This document shows, piece by piece, positions 31,997-43,129 of a stretch of DNA of 64,000 bases. The stretch covers positions 8,603 to 72,602 of the forward strand of contig CAIOAO010000043.1 of assembly GCA_903855985.1 (NCBI GenBank). The letters are read 5' to 3'. The stretch comes from an uncultured Opitutia bacterium (GTDB taxonomy: Bacteria; Verrucomicrobiota; Verrucomicrobiia; Opitutales; Opitutaceae). Within the stretch, counting starts at the first letter, position 1. Every line of letters begins with the position of its first letter. A program made the position numbers and the translations under genes. The notes under the pieces are model-generated. The model worked only from the letters and a program-made list of their open reading frames with translations, did not search any database and had not been told where the DNA came from.

Positions 31997-32791
31997 ATGT
32001 CCGACAAGCTCACCGAGATCATGGCCTGGAAGCGGCGCGAAATCGCCCCGCTCATCCGTCCCGTGTCCGAAACCGAGCTCGCCCGGTTCTCCGCCAACCG
32101 CCCGCCGTCCTTTGCCACCGGCCTGCGCCGGGCCGACGGCAAACTCGCCATCATCGCCGAGATCAAGCGTCGCTCGCCGTCCGCCGGCGACATCAAGGCC
32201 GGCGCCAATGCCACCGATCAGGCGAAGCGCTACCAGGCGGCCGGCGCGGATGCGCTTTCGGTCCTGACCGACGACAAATATTTCGGCGGCTCACTCGACG
32301 ACCTCCGCGGCGTCACCGGCCATTTTCGTTCGAATCCGCCCGCCATCCCCTGCCTGCGCAAGGACTTCATGGTCCATCCGATCCAGGTCGTGCAGGCCTG
32401 CGAGGCCGGGGCCAGCGCGATCCTGATCATTGTGCGCGCGCTAACCGACGAGGAAATCAAGCCGCTGGCCGCCGCCGCCCAGACCGCCGGCCTCGACGCG
32501 TTGTTCGAGATCCATCACGAGGCCGACCTGGCCCGCGCGGTCCGGCACGGCGCGAAGATCATCGGTGTGAACAACCGCGATCTCGCCATCTTCAAGACCG
32601 ACCTCGCCCTCAGCGAGCGGCTCATCCCGCAGTTCCCGCGTGACGTCATCGCCATCAGCGAGAGCGGCATCCACTCCGCGGCCGACGCGGCCCGCGTCCG
32701 CGCCGCCGGCGCCCACGCCGTGCTGGTGGGCGAGGCCTTGATGCGTGCCCCCGATCCCGCCGTCCTTGCCGCGCAGTTCCGCTCCGCCTGA
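31997..32791 (+). CDS. trpC: indole-3-glycerol phosphate synthase
   Basis: ATG at 31997 (MSDKLTEIMAWKRREI). IIAEIKRRSPSAG, LSVLTDDKYFGGS. Confidence 0.9.
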   Translation: MSDKLTEIMAWKRREIAPLIRPVSETELARFSANRPPSFATGLRRADGKLAIIAEIKRRSPSAGDIKAGANATDQAKRYQAAGADALSVLTDDKYFGGSLDDLRGVTGHFRSNPPAIPCLRKDFMVHPIQVVQACEAGASAILIIVRALTDEEIKPLAAAAQTAGLDALFEIHHEADLARAVRHGAKIIGVNNRDLAIFKTDLALSERLIPQFPRDVIAISESGIHSAADAARVRAAGAHAVLVGEALMRAPDPAVLAAQFRSA

Positions 32792-33621
32792 TGCCGCCGC
32801 TTTCGTTCACCACCACGCGCGAGTTGCTCGCCAAGCTCGGTCACCAGCCGAAGCGCTTCCTCGGCCAGAATTTTCTCGTGGACGGCAACATCGTCCGCAA
32901 ATCCCTCGAGCTCGCCGCCATCGCCCCGGGGGACACGGTCGTTGAGGTCGGTCCCGGTCTCGGCACTCTGACCAGCGCCCTGCTCGCCGCCGGCGCCGAG
33001 GTCTGGGCCGTCGAGAAGGACCGCAACCTGCACCTGCACCTCGAGGAATCCGTCCTCCCGCTCGCTGCAAACCGCCTTCACCTGCTCGAGGGCGATGCCG
33101 TCGAGGAACCCCTCGCCGGACTCCCCGCCGCGCGCGCCACCGCCGGCTTCAAGGTCGTCGCCAACCTGCCCTACGCGATTTCCACGCCCTGGATGGACGC
33201 TGTTCTGTCCGGCCCGCTGCCGGACCGCATGGTCCTCATGCTGCAGCAGGAGGCCGCGCAACGCTACGCGGCCGCGCCCGGGGGCAAGCAGTTCGGCGCC
33301 ATTTCCGTTTTCCTCCAGGCGGCCTATGACGTTGCACCCGGTCACAAGGTGGACTCGGCCTGTTTTTATCCGAAGCCCGACATCGAGTCCTACCTGCTCG
33401 TCCTCGTGCGGAAACCGTCACCCCACGTTTTCCCGCCCGCGGTGAAGACCCTGATTCGCGCCTGTTTCCAGCAGCGTCGGAAACAGGTGGGCGGACTTCT
33501 GCGCGGGCTGCTGCCCGATGCAGGCGCCTCCTGGGTGGCGCAACTCACCGCGGCCGGGTTATCCGGCCAAACCCGGGCGGAGGCTATTCCGGTGGAACTT
33601 TGGCGCACGCTTGCGGTATGA
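32791..33621 (+). CDS. rsmA: 16S rRNA (adenine1518/1519-N6)-dimethyltransferase
   Basis: LGQNFLVD..., VVEVGPGLGTLT, NLPYAISTP. There is a 1-nt overlap with the trpC stop (TGATG). Confidence 0.9.
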   Translation: MPPLSFTTTRELLAKLGHQPKRFLGQNFLVDGNIVRKSLELAAIAPGDTVVEVGPGLGTLTSALLAAGAEVWAVEKDRNLHLHLEESVLPLAANRLHLLEGDAVEEPLAGLPAARATAGFKVVANLPYAISTPWMDAVLSGPLPDRMVLMLQQEAAQRYAAAPGGKQFGAISVFLQAAYDVAPGHKVDSACFYPKPDIESYLLVLVRKPSPHVFPPAVKTLIRACFQQRRKQVGGLLRGLLPDAGASWVAQLTAAGLSGQTRAEAIPVELWRTLAV

Positions 33622-33673
33622 CGAGTGAGGCCCGGCTTGAATGGCCGCGGTTTTTCGCTTAGTTGTCACGTCC

Positions 33674-34345
33674 ATGCTGCGCTTCATCCCCCTCGCCCTG
33701 TTGCTCGCCGCCGGGCCGTTGCTGGCCCAGCCCCGGCCGGGCTTGAAGCCAGGGCTCTCGGGCCGCGTGGAGGACAAGACCTACATTGCCCCCGGTGGGA
33801 GCTTCCGCGTCACGATCCCGGTCCTGCCGGAACTCGGCGGAACCATCATTGACACCCCCAACGTCGTCACCTTCCAGGACCGCTTCAACCTGCACGTGAG
33901 CATCGCCGCCTTCCCGCTCGATGCGACGCAGCGCTGGGAACTCTCCACCCGCGGACTAAAGGACTACCTCAGCTATTTTTTCGAGACGTTCGTGATGGCG
34001 GACTTCCATAACCTGTTTCCCGACGCCCGCACGGAGAGTGCGCGCTTCGAGCCGGAGATCATGAATGGCGCCCTGCTCGCCTACACCCTCCTGCCCGGCG
34101 GCTCGATGTTCAGCGACAAGCGCACCCTCCTGGGGGCCGACGACAAGCCGGCCGTCGCGAAACGCGGCAATCTCGTGTTCGTCCGCCGCGGCACCATTTA
34201 CATCATCAGCACCGAGCTCGCCGAGCGGGTGATCGAGCGCAGCTCGTACCGGAAAACCACCGCCGAGGAGGACGAGATCCTCCGGCTGCGGCTGGCCGAC
34301 ATTCTCAAGAAGATGGAGTTCGCCCGGCCGGCGACGGATTCCTGA
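33674..34345 (+). CDS. hypothetical secreted protein
   Basis: The ATG at 33674 gives signal peptide MLRFIPLALLLAAGPLLAQ. No family recognised. Confidence 0.55.
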   Translation: MLRFIPLALLLAAGPLLAQPRPGLKPGLSGRVEDKTYIAPGGSFRVTIPVLPELGGTIIDTPNVVTFQDRFNLHVSIAAFPLDATQRWELSTRGLKDYLSYFFETFVMADFHNLFPDARTESARFEPEIMNGALLAYTLLPGGSMFSDKRTLLGADDKPAVAKRGNLVFVRRGTIYIISTELAERVIERSSYRKTTAEEDEILRLRLADILKKMEFARPATDS

Positions 34346-34397
34346 CCTCCGGCGGAATTTCACTCGCGCCTCCGATGCGCCCCGCCAGACTGGCGAC

Positions 34398-34646
34398 ATG
34401 TCGTTCCAAAACTTCGTGATCTTCCTGATTGTCGGTGCGCTGGCCGGCTGGATCAGCGGCCTCATCACCAAGGGCAAGGGCTTCGGGCTGCCGGGCAACA
34501 TGATCGTCGGCATCATTGGTGCGTTCCTGGGCGGCTTTTGCTTCAACCTGCTGGGCCTCGGCGCCCACAATTTCCTCGGCCAGCTCATCTGCGCCGTGGT
34601 GGGCTCGTTGCTGTTCCTCTGGCTGCTGCGCTTCATCAGGAAATAA
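34398..34646 (+). CDS. GlsB/YeaQ/YmgE family stress-response membrane protein
   Basis: 82 aa. IVGALAGWI...GIIGAFLGG is a typical transglycosylase-associated family pattern. Confidence 0.85.
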   Translation: MSFQNFVIFLIVGALAGWISGLITKGKGFGLPGNMIVGIIGAFLGGFCFNLLGLGAHNFLGQLICAVVGSLLFLWLLRFIRK

Positions 34647-34652
34647 CCGGCG

Positions 34653-35036
34653 ATGACTGACAGCGCGGATAATCGTTCCAACCCGATCGACACGCTCACA
34701 GCTGCGCTTGGCGGCCGACCCATTAGCACATTGGCATGGCTACTGTGGCTTGCCCTCGCCATTGTTATAACCACCGGTGCCGACGTCATCTGGGAGCCGG
34801 CATATTATAGGACAGACAGATCGTTTACTATCGGGGTTACTGGAGTCCTCATTGTTGTAGTTCGACTGGCATTTTACCTGCGTAATCCAGAACAGAGACG
34901 CCTGCTCGTTTCGGTCGATCCCAACATTTCTTCTCAGAAAATCAGCGACCTTACCCGTGCAGGCGTGATAATCATCCCATTACTCGCGTTGGGCGCCGTC
35001 GTGGCTGTCCTGCTCTGGCGAATTTGGGGTCAATGA
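34653..35036 (+). CDS. hypothetical membrane protein, visibly lower GC
   Basis: 127 aa with 3 predicted TM segments. No family recognised. Confidence 0.5.
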   Translation: MTDSADNRSNPIDTLTAALGGRPISTLAWLLWLALAIVITTGADVIWEPAYYRTDRSFTIGVTGVLIVVVRLAFYLRNPEQRRLLVSVDPNISSQKISDLTRAGVIIIPLLALGAVVAVLLWRIWGQ

Positions 35037-35058
35037 GCTCGCATCCGCTTAGTTCACC

Positions 35059-35550
35059 ATGACCATCCGTAACGCCGTCGAGGCCGACCTGCCGGCCATT
35101 GTCGCCATCTACAATTCGATTATCCCCGGCCGCATGGTCACGGCGGACCTCGAGCCGGTGACGGTTGCCAGCCGGCTGCCCTGGCTCCAGGCGCACGACC
35201 CGGCCAATCGCCCGATCTGGGTGGCCGAGGAAAACGGCGAGATTCTCGCCTGGCTCAGCTTCGACACCTTTTACCCCCGCGCCGCCTACGATGGCACGAT
35301 CATGATCGCGCTGTACGTGGCGGAGAAACACCGCCGGGCCGGTCTCGGCAAGCAGTTGCTCACTCGCGCCCTGGCCCACGCGCCGACCCTCGGGGTGCAC
35401 ACGGTGCTCGGCTACATCTTTGCTCACAACGAGCCGAGCCTGCGGCTCTTCGCCGCCTTCGGCTTCGAGCGCTGGGCCCACCTGCCTCGCGTCGCGAAAC
35501 TCGACGACCACGAGCGCGACCTGGTCATTCTCGGCAAGCGCGTCGGGTGA
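35059..35550 (+). CDS. GNAT N-acetyltransferase (phosphinothricin acetyltransferase-like)
   Basis: IRNAVEADLPAIVAIYN..., and HRRAGLGKQLL in the acetyl-CoA binding region. Confidence 0.8.
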   Translation: MTIRNAVEADLPAIVAIYNSIIPGRMVTADLEPVTVASRLPWLQAHDPANRPIWVAEENGEILAWLSFDTFYPRAAYDGTIMIALYVAEKHRRAGLGKQLLTRALAHAPTLGVHTVLGYIFAHNEPSLRLFAAFGFERWAHLPRVAKLDDHERDLVILGKRVG

Positions 35551-35567
35551 AGGCGTTCTGTAGGCGC

Positions 35568-35595
35568 AAAAAAAAGGGCCCGCTCGCGCCGGCCC
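35568..35595 (-). terminator. rho-independent terminator for the GH4 / xylulokinase transcription unit
   Basis: On the reverse strand a GC-rich stem (GGGCCGGCGCGAGCGGGCCC) is followed by TTTTTTTT. Confidence 0.6.
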
Positions 35596-35602
35596 CTCTT
35601 CG

Positions 35603-35630
35603 CCTAAAACGTAACACCTAAATCCTAACA
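35603..35630 (+). repeat. four tandem heptamers CCTAAAA CGTAACA CCTAAAT CCTAACA
   Basis: Read directly, between convergent genes. Confidence 0.7.
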
Positions 35631-35650
35631 CCAAGTGAGCGCGAAAGCGC

Positions 35651-37189
35651 TCACTTGTACCCCGGCAGGTACGCCTTCTCCGCGGCGAACATCTCGAGGG
35701 TCATCTTTTTGATCTCCTCGGGACTGCACACGGCGGCGGTAAGCGGGTCCATCATCAGCGCGTAGATCGCGAGTTCCTTGCTGCGTTCGATGCAGGCCTG
35801 CGCGCCCAGGTCGAACATCCGCATGTTCGAGTCGCAGAGCGCCGCCATCTGGCGCGGCAGCGCGCCGTAGCGCGTGGGATTGATGCCGTTGCGGTCCACC
35901 ATGCAGGCCACCTCGACGCAGCCGTCGGCGGGCAGGTTGGTGATCAGCTGGCCGGCGCCGGCGACATTGTTCATCACGTTGCCGTGAATGCGGTAAGGCG
36001 TGTCCTTCTCGCGGGCCTCGATGATCCAGCTGGCGTACTCCCAGCTGCGCTCCCACTCCATCGCCTCCTTGCCGGCGAGCATGCGCGCGCGCTGCTTGTC
36101 GGCGTTCTTGCGCCAGGTCGGCCAGTTGTTCGCGTAAAAACTCGTGCCGCCATCGTAACCTTCGCGGCTGTAGCGCGAGATCAGGTCCTTCCGCTTCCGG
36201 TAGTACGGCAGGTATTCCGAGAGGTGGCCGCTGGACTCGGTGATGAACGCGCCGAAGTGCAGCATCATGTCCTTGCGGACGATATCCTTGTGCCAGAGCG
36301 GAGCTTCCCACTCGTGATGGTTGAGCTTCTTCGGGTTCTTCGCGCGGCCGTCCTTGAGCGCGCGGGCGACTTCCGCCGCCGCCTTGCGCTTCAGCAGCGG
36401 GTAAAGGTCCTTGCCGTTGTGCTCGAGCTTGGTGAACCACGCCAGGTGGTTGATGCCGGCGCATTCCCAGTCCATCTCGCTCACCGGCACGCCGGCGCGG
36501 TCGGCCAGCAGGTGGCTCGTGCCCTGTACCGAATGGCACAGGCCGACGATCTGCATGGTGGACGAACGGCCCGCCGCGAGGCACATCATCGCCATCGGGT
36601 TCGTGTAGTTGAGCACGATCGCGTCGGGACAAAGCTCCTCCGCGTCCTTCAGCACCTGCAGGAAAACCGGGATGGTGCGCATGGACTTGAACAGGCCGCC
36701 GGGCCCGATCGTGTCGCCGATGCACTGGTCAATGCCGTACTTCGCGGGAATGTCGTTGTCGAAGCGCACGCAGGCCGTGCCGCTGACCTCGATGCAGTTC
36801 ACGATGTAATGCGAGCCGCCCAGCACCTTCCGGCGGTCGGCCGAGCCGATGACCTTCCAGTTGGTCTTCCCGATCTGCTGCGTCAGCCGCGTGATCAGCT
36901 TGACCATTGTGTCGAGCCGCTCGCGGTCGATGTCCACCAGCGCAATCGTGCCGCCCTGGCCGCCCGGGATCCGGAGGATGTCATTCATCAGCCGGGGCGT
37001 GAACGCACTGCCCGCCCCGAGCATGGTGATCTTGATGGGGCGGAGAAGCTTGCCGGCCAGGCCGCGCGCGGCGGCATCCTTGGTGTGGTCGGCGTGGCCG
37101 ATTTGTTTGTGTTTGGTGCTCACGGTAGGGTTGGAAGGGATAAGGAAACGAGGCGGGCGACTAAATCCTGCGCCGCCTTCGTTAGGCAA
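35651..37189 (-). CDS. glycoside hydrolase family 4 (alpha-galactosidase/alpha-glucosidase type)
   Basis: KITMLGAGSAFTP NAD fold, LNYTNPMAMM, GLCHSVQG. The track start is TTG at 37189; GTG at 37123 is an alternative. Confidence 0.85.
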   Translation of the reverse strand: MPNEGGAGFSRPPRFLIPSNPTVSTKHKQIGHADHTKDAAARGLAGKLLRPIKITMLGAGSAFTPRLMNDILRIPGGQGGTIALVDIDRERLDTMVKLITRLTQQIGKTNWKVIGSADRRKVLGGSHYIVNCIEVSGTACVRFDNDIPAKYGIDQCIGDTIGPGGLFKSMRTIPVFLQVLKDAEELCPDAIVLNYTNPMAMMCLAAGRSSTMQIVGLCHSVQGTSHLLADRAGVPVSEMDWECAGINHLAWFTKLEHNGKDLYPLLKRKAAAEVARALKDGRAKNPKKLNHHEWEAPLWHKDIVRKDMMLHFGAFITESSGHLSEYLPYYRKRKDLISRYSREGYDGGTSFYANNWPTWRKNADKQRARMLAGKEAMEWERSWEYASWIIEAREKDTPYRIHGNVMNNVAGAGQLITNLPADGCVEVACMVDRNGINPTRYGALPRQMAALCDSNMRMFDLGAQACIERSKELAIYALMMDPLTAAVCSPEEIKKMTLEMFAAEKAYLPGYK

Positions 37190-37222
37190 GTGCGCAGTGA
37201 TGAATGTTCGCTCGGAGGTGAC

Positions 37223-38740
37223 TCACTCCGCGAGCTTCCGCTGCGCGCTGAAGACCGGCCGGAGCGCGAGGCTCAGCTGGTCCTGCAGCGCCTGCAGCTT
37301 CCGGTAGCGCGCGACATTCGCCTGGTTCGGCCAGCAGCGCGTCTGCTCCTTGATTGCCACCACGCCGGAAGTGAAATCACCCAGCTTCGCCTGGGTCTGC
37401 CCTTCGCGCCGCGCGACGCACCACGCGGCCTGCAACGCACCGCCGAGCGCCGCGCCTTCGTCCTCGACCATGGCCACGACCGGCACACCGAAAATGTCCG
37501 CCATCAGCTGACGCCACACCGGCGACTTCGCGCCGCCACCCGTCACCCGGATCTCCTTCGCCTTAACTCCCAGCGCGGCCAGCCGGCGCAGTCCGTAGTT
37601 CATGCCCATGGTGGCCCCTTCCATTGCCGCGCGGGCGAGATGGCCGCTGGTAAACGTCTTCTGGTTCAACCCGAGCAGCACGCCCGATCCGTCCGGGACA
37701 TTCGGCGTCCGCTCGCCCGCCAGGTATGGCAGCAGCACGAGCCCGCCCGAGCCGGCCGGCGTGTCGCGCACCGCGGTTTCGAGTGCGGCGTGATCCTGGT
37801 TGAAAAGTGCCCTCACCTGCTCTGTGACCGTGGTCACGTTCATCGTGCACAAGAGCGGCAGCCAGCCGCCGCTCGACGAGCAGAACGCCGCGATCTCCCC
37901 CTGCGGATCCACCACCGGCTTTGCCGCGTAGGCGTAGATGGTCCCGCTGGTGCCGAAGCTCGCCGTCACCACGCCCGGCGCGACGTTTCCCGTGCCGATG
38001 GCGCCCATCATGTTGTCGCCGCCGCCGGCACTCACGACGACCTCGCCAGTGAAGCCGTATTTCCTGGCCAGTTCGGGCTTGAGCACGCCGGTCGGCTGGT
38101 GCGACTCCGACAATTCCGGGAGCCACGCCGCGAGGTTCTTGTCGATGGCGTTGATCACGTCCTTCGACCACGCGCGCTTCCGCACATCCATCAGCGCGGT
38201 GCCGGACGCATCGCCGAACTCCATGAAGTAATTCCCCGTCAGCCAGAAATTGAGGTAGTCATGGGGCAGCAGCACATGCCGCAGCTTCTGGTAATTCCGC
38301 GGTTCGTGCCGTTTCAGCCAGAGGATCTTCGGCGCCGTGAAGCCCGGCAGGATGAGATTGCCCGTCTGGCGGATCGCCGCCTTCGGGCCGCCGAGTTTCT
38401 TCGTGAGTATGGCGCATTCCGCCGTGGTGCTGGTGTCGCACCAGAGCTTGGCCGGCCGGATGACCTGGCCCTTGGCGTCGAGCGGCACAAAGCCATGCTG
38501 CTGGCCCGACACGCCGATGCCCCGCACACGGCGGCCGTCAACCTGCCGTGCCACCTCACCCAGGACGGTGTCGAGGGCCGCGGTCCATTCCTGCGGATGC
38601 TGCTCCATGTGCCCGACGGGCAGCCCGGCGATGAGGGTGTGCGGCGCCCGGGCATCGGCGATGACCTGGCGGGTGTTCAGGTCGAGGACGACCGCCTTGA
38701 CGCTCTGGGTGCCGGAATCGATGCCGATGAATAGGGACAT
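37223..38740 (-). CDS. xylB: xylulokinase (FGGY family)
   Basis: MSLFIGIDSGTQSVKAVV..., GVSGQQHGFV, and the C-terminal GGGAKS motif. Confidence 0.8.
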   Translation of the reverse strand: MSLFIGIDSGTQSVKAVVLDLNTRQVIADARAPHTLIAGLPVGHMEQHPQEWTAALDTVLGEVARQVDGRRVRGIGVSGQQHGFVPLDAKGQVIRPAKLWCDTSTTAECAILTKKLGGPKAAIRQTGNLILPGFTAPKILWLKRHEPRNYQKLRHVLLPHDYLNFWLTGNYFMEFGDASGTALMDVRKRAWSKDVINAIDKNLAAWLPELSESHQPTGVLKPELARKYGFTGEVVVSAGGGDNMMGAIGTGNVAPGVVTASFGTSGTIYAYAAKPVVDPQGEIAAFCSSSGGWLPLLCTMNVTTVTEQVRALFNQDHAALETAVRDTPAGSGGLVLLPYLAGERTPNVPDGSGVLLGLNQKTFTSGHLARAAMEGATMGMNYGLRRLAALGVKAKEIRVTGGGAKSPVWRQLMADIFGVPVVAMVEDEGAALGGALQAAWCVARREGQTQAKLGDFTSGVVAIKEQTRCWPNQANVARYRKLQALQDQLSLALRPVFSAQRKLAE

Positions 38741-38803
38741 GGGGAGGGTTCCGCTATGGCCGCAAAAAGCCGCAACGTGCGCAAGCCGGGAAGCGGCGTC
38801 CGA

Positions 38804-38832
38804 GGTAGGGCGGGTCTCTGCCCCGCCCTACC
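38804..38832. repeat. REP-like GC hairpin, GTAGGGCGGGTCT family (copy 2)
   Basis: GGTAGGGCGGG-tctctgc-CCCGCCCTACC, an 11-bp stem. It shares GTAGGGCGGGTCT with 8595. Confidence 0.75.
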
Positions 38833-38852
38833 CCAAACGGCAAGCAGGCGCC

Positions 38853-39359
38853 TTACCCGATCTTCACGATCTCCAGCTCGGTCGCGCCCTTGGGAAACTT
38901 GAACGGCACCTTCTGCCCGACCTTTGCGTTCATCAGCGCCTTTGCGATGGGCGACAGCCAGCTGATCTCGTTCCGCTCAAAATCCGTCTCATCCACACCC
39001 ACGATGCGGTAAACCGACTCCTCGCCCAAGCGGGCGTCCCGCACTGTAACGCTCGAACCGAATTGTACCTTTCCTGCCTTGGCTCCGGGTGGATCCACGA
39101 TCGAGGCCGTAGCCAGGCTGGTTTGCAGGTAACGGATCCGCTGGTCGAGTTGCGCCACCTCGCGCTTTACCTCCGGGTCCACCGCCGCGCGCGCGAGCAG
39201 TCCCGATCGCTCGTCGTTGAGCCGAACCAACTCACCCCGCAGCCGCTCCGCGCCGGACGCCGTGAGATAGTTCTTCATCCCTGGCGGCAGCAATGACACC
39301 GGCGCCGGCAGCACCGGTTCGTCGGGTGTATCATCCTCACGCGTAAAGGCCTTGCTCAT
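38853..39359 (-). CDS. GreA/GreB-family transcription elongation factor
   Basis: ATG at 39359 (MSKAFTREDD...). Coiled-coil N-domain and C-terminal ...ISWLSPIAKALMNAKVGQKV. Confidence 0.75.
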   Translation of the reverse strand: MSKAFTREDDTPDEPVLPAPVSLLPPGMKNYLTASGAERLRGELVRLNDERSGLLARAAVDPEVKREVAQLDQRIRYLQTSLATASIVDPPGAKAGKVQFGSSVTVRDARLGEESVYRIVGVDETDFERNEISWLSPIAKALMNAKVGQKVPFKFPKGATELEIVKIG

Positions 39360-39420
39360 TGCCCCTACCATAAACCACTTCGCCCATTCCGACAAGTCGT
39401 GCCCGCCTGCGGATTTCCGA

Positions 39421-39446
39421 CTTCTTAATTCTGCCTTCTTAATTCT
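39421..39446 (+). repeat. perfect 12-bp direct repeat CTTCTTAATTCT x2 (14-bp period) in an AT-rich divergent promoter region
   Basis: Read directly at 39421-39432 and 39435-39446, ending 14 nt upstream of the ATG at 39461. Confidence 0.8.
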
Positions 39447-39460
39447 TACTTCCTCAAACC

Positions 39461-40411
39461 ATGGCCAAAGCCACCATCCCCGACGCCCTCAAAGCCGACC
39501 TCCCCCAGACCAAGTGGGGCAAGGTTCTCGCCACCACGCCGGTCGTCATGACGGTTATCGCCACGCTGCTCGCAGGTCTGTCCTCGGGCGAGATGATCCG
39601 CGCCCAGTATGACCGCTCCCTCGCGGCGCAGCAGCAGTCCAAAGCCGGAGATCAATGGGGCTACTTCCAGGCCAAGCGCCTGCGCGCCGCCCTCCAGCGC
39701 AACACTCTCGACCTCCTGCGCGGCACCGCCAGCGTGCATCCGCTCGACGCCAAGACCCTCGCCCTCTCCGTCAACGGCATGCCCGCGCAGGCCGTTCTCG
39801 CCACGGCCAGCGGTCAGCAGGCGCTGGATTCGCTTACCCATGGCACCCTGCCCTCCGCCGGCCCGGAACCGGTCCTCGCCGCCCCGATCAGCGCCGTGCT
39901 CGCGGCCGTGGACGCGGGCCAGTGGGACGCCGAGATCGCGGCGCTGCTCAAGTCTGTCAAAAAAGCCGACCTCGCCGGCGCGCTCAGCGCCGCCGCCGCC
40001 CATGTGCGGGCCTTCGACGCCACCCTGAAGCCGGTCACGTCCGCCATTGATGCGTTGGAAAAAGATCTCACGCACCTGCCGTCCAACGTCATGGATTCCG
40101 CCAATCCACTCACCCGCGACTTCATCGCCGCCCGCCTGGGTTACGCCGCGCAGCGCTACGATCTCGAATCCCGCCAGAACCAGGTCATCGCCCAGCTTCT
40201 CGAGCTCCAGGTCCGCCAGAGCAACACTTCCGCCGAGCGCCACCACGCGCGCAGTGGCTTCTTTTTCTACGGCATGCTCGCGGCGCAGCTGGCGGTGATC
40301 ATCTCAACGCTCTCCATGGCCGTCCAGAAGCGCAATGCCCTCTGGGCGATTGCCGCCGCCGCCGGCGTCTTCGCCTTCGCGTTCGCCGTCTACGTTTACC
40401 TGTTCGTGTAA
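39461..40411 (+). CDS. DUF4337-like protein (C-terminal TM anchors)
   Basis: KAGDQWGYFQAKRLR near the N-terminus and two C-terminal TM helices. Family assignment is from memory. Confidence 0.55.
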   Translation: MAKATIPDALKADLPQTKWGKVLATTPVVMTVIATLLAGLSSGEMIRAQYDRSLAAQQQSKAGDQWGYFQAKRLRAALQRNTLDLLRGTASVHPLDAKTLALSVNGMPAQAVLATASGQQALDSLTHGTLPSAGPEPVLAAPISAVLAAVDAGQWDAEIAALLKSVKKADLAGALSAAAAHVRAFDATLKPVTSAIDALEKDLTHLPSNVMDSANPLTRDFIAARLGYAAQRYDLESRQNQVIAQLLELQVRQSNTSAERHHARSGFFFYGMLAAQLAVIISTLSMAVQKRNALWAIAAAAGVFAFAFAVYVYLFV

Positions 40412-40462
40412 ACGCCGGGCAGGCCCCGTCGCCCCGGCCCGCTCCCTCCGCTCCACTGCTCT

Positions 40463-40493
40463 AGGACATGTCACCTGTTAAGTGACATGTCCT
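40463..40493. repeat. perfect inverted repeat with 12-bp arms and 7-nt spacer
   Basis: AGGACATGTCAC-ctgttaa-GTGACATGTCCT, read directly. It lies 245 nt upstream of the icd start. Confidence 0.9.
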
Positions 40494-40535
40494 CTGGGGT
40501 TTCCCGCGAGATACCACGGCGGCCGGATGGAAGTT

Positions 40536-42996
<2,461 letters not shown>

Positions 42997-43023
42997 AATC
43001 GCACGGCGCATCGCCGCGCGATT

Positions 43024-43055
43024 AGACCCATGGGCCCCATGAGACCCATGGGCCC
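43024..43055 (+). repeat. AGACCCATGGGCCC repeated twice (18-bp period), each copy containing the palindrome CCCATGGG
   Basis: Read directly at 43024-43037 and 43042-43055, followed by TGTTTCT. Possibly the icd terminator. Confidence 0.6.
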
Positions 43056-43129
43056 TGTTTCTCCGCAGATCAGACCTGTCTTGCCGAGCCGGTCGCGCAC
43101 CGGCTACGCTGTGATGTTCGCCTGCCGTC

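Noticed and set aside
35603-35630. CCTAANN heptamers (reverse complement NNTTAGG), considered as telomere-like or a mini CRISPR.
   Set aside because: There are only four units, no spacers and no cas genes, in a circular-chromosome-type context. It is recorded only as a short tandem repeat.
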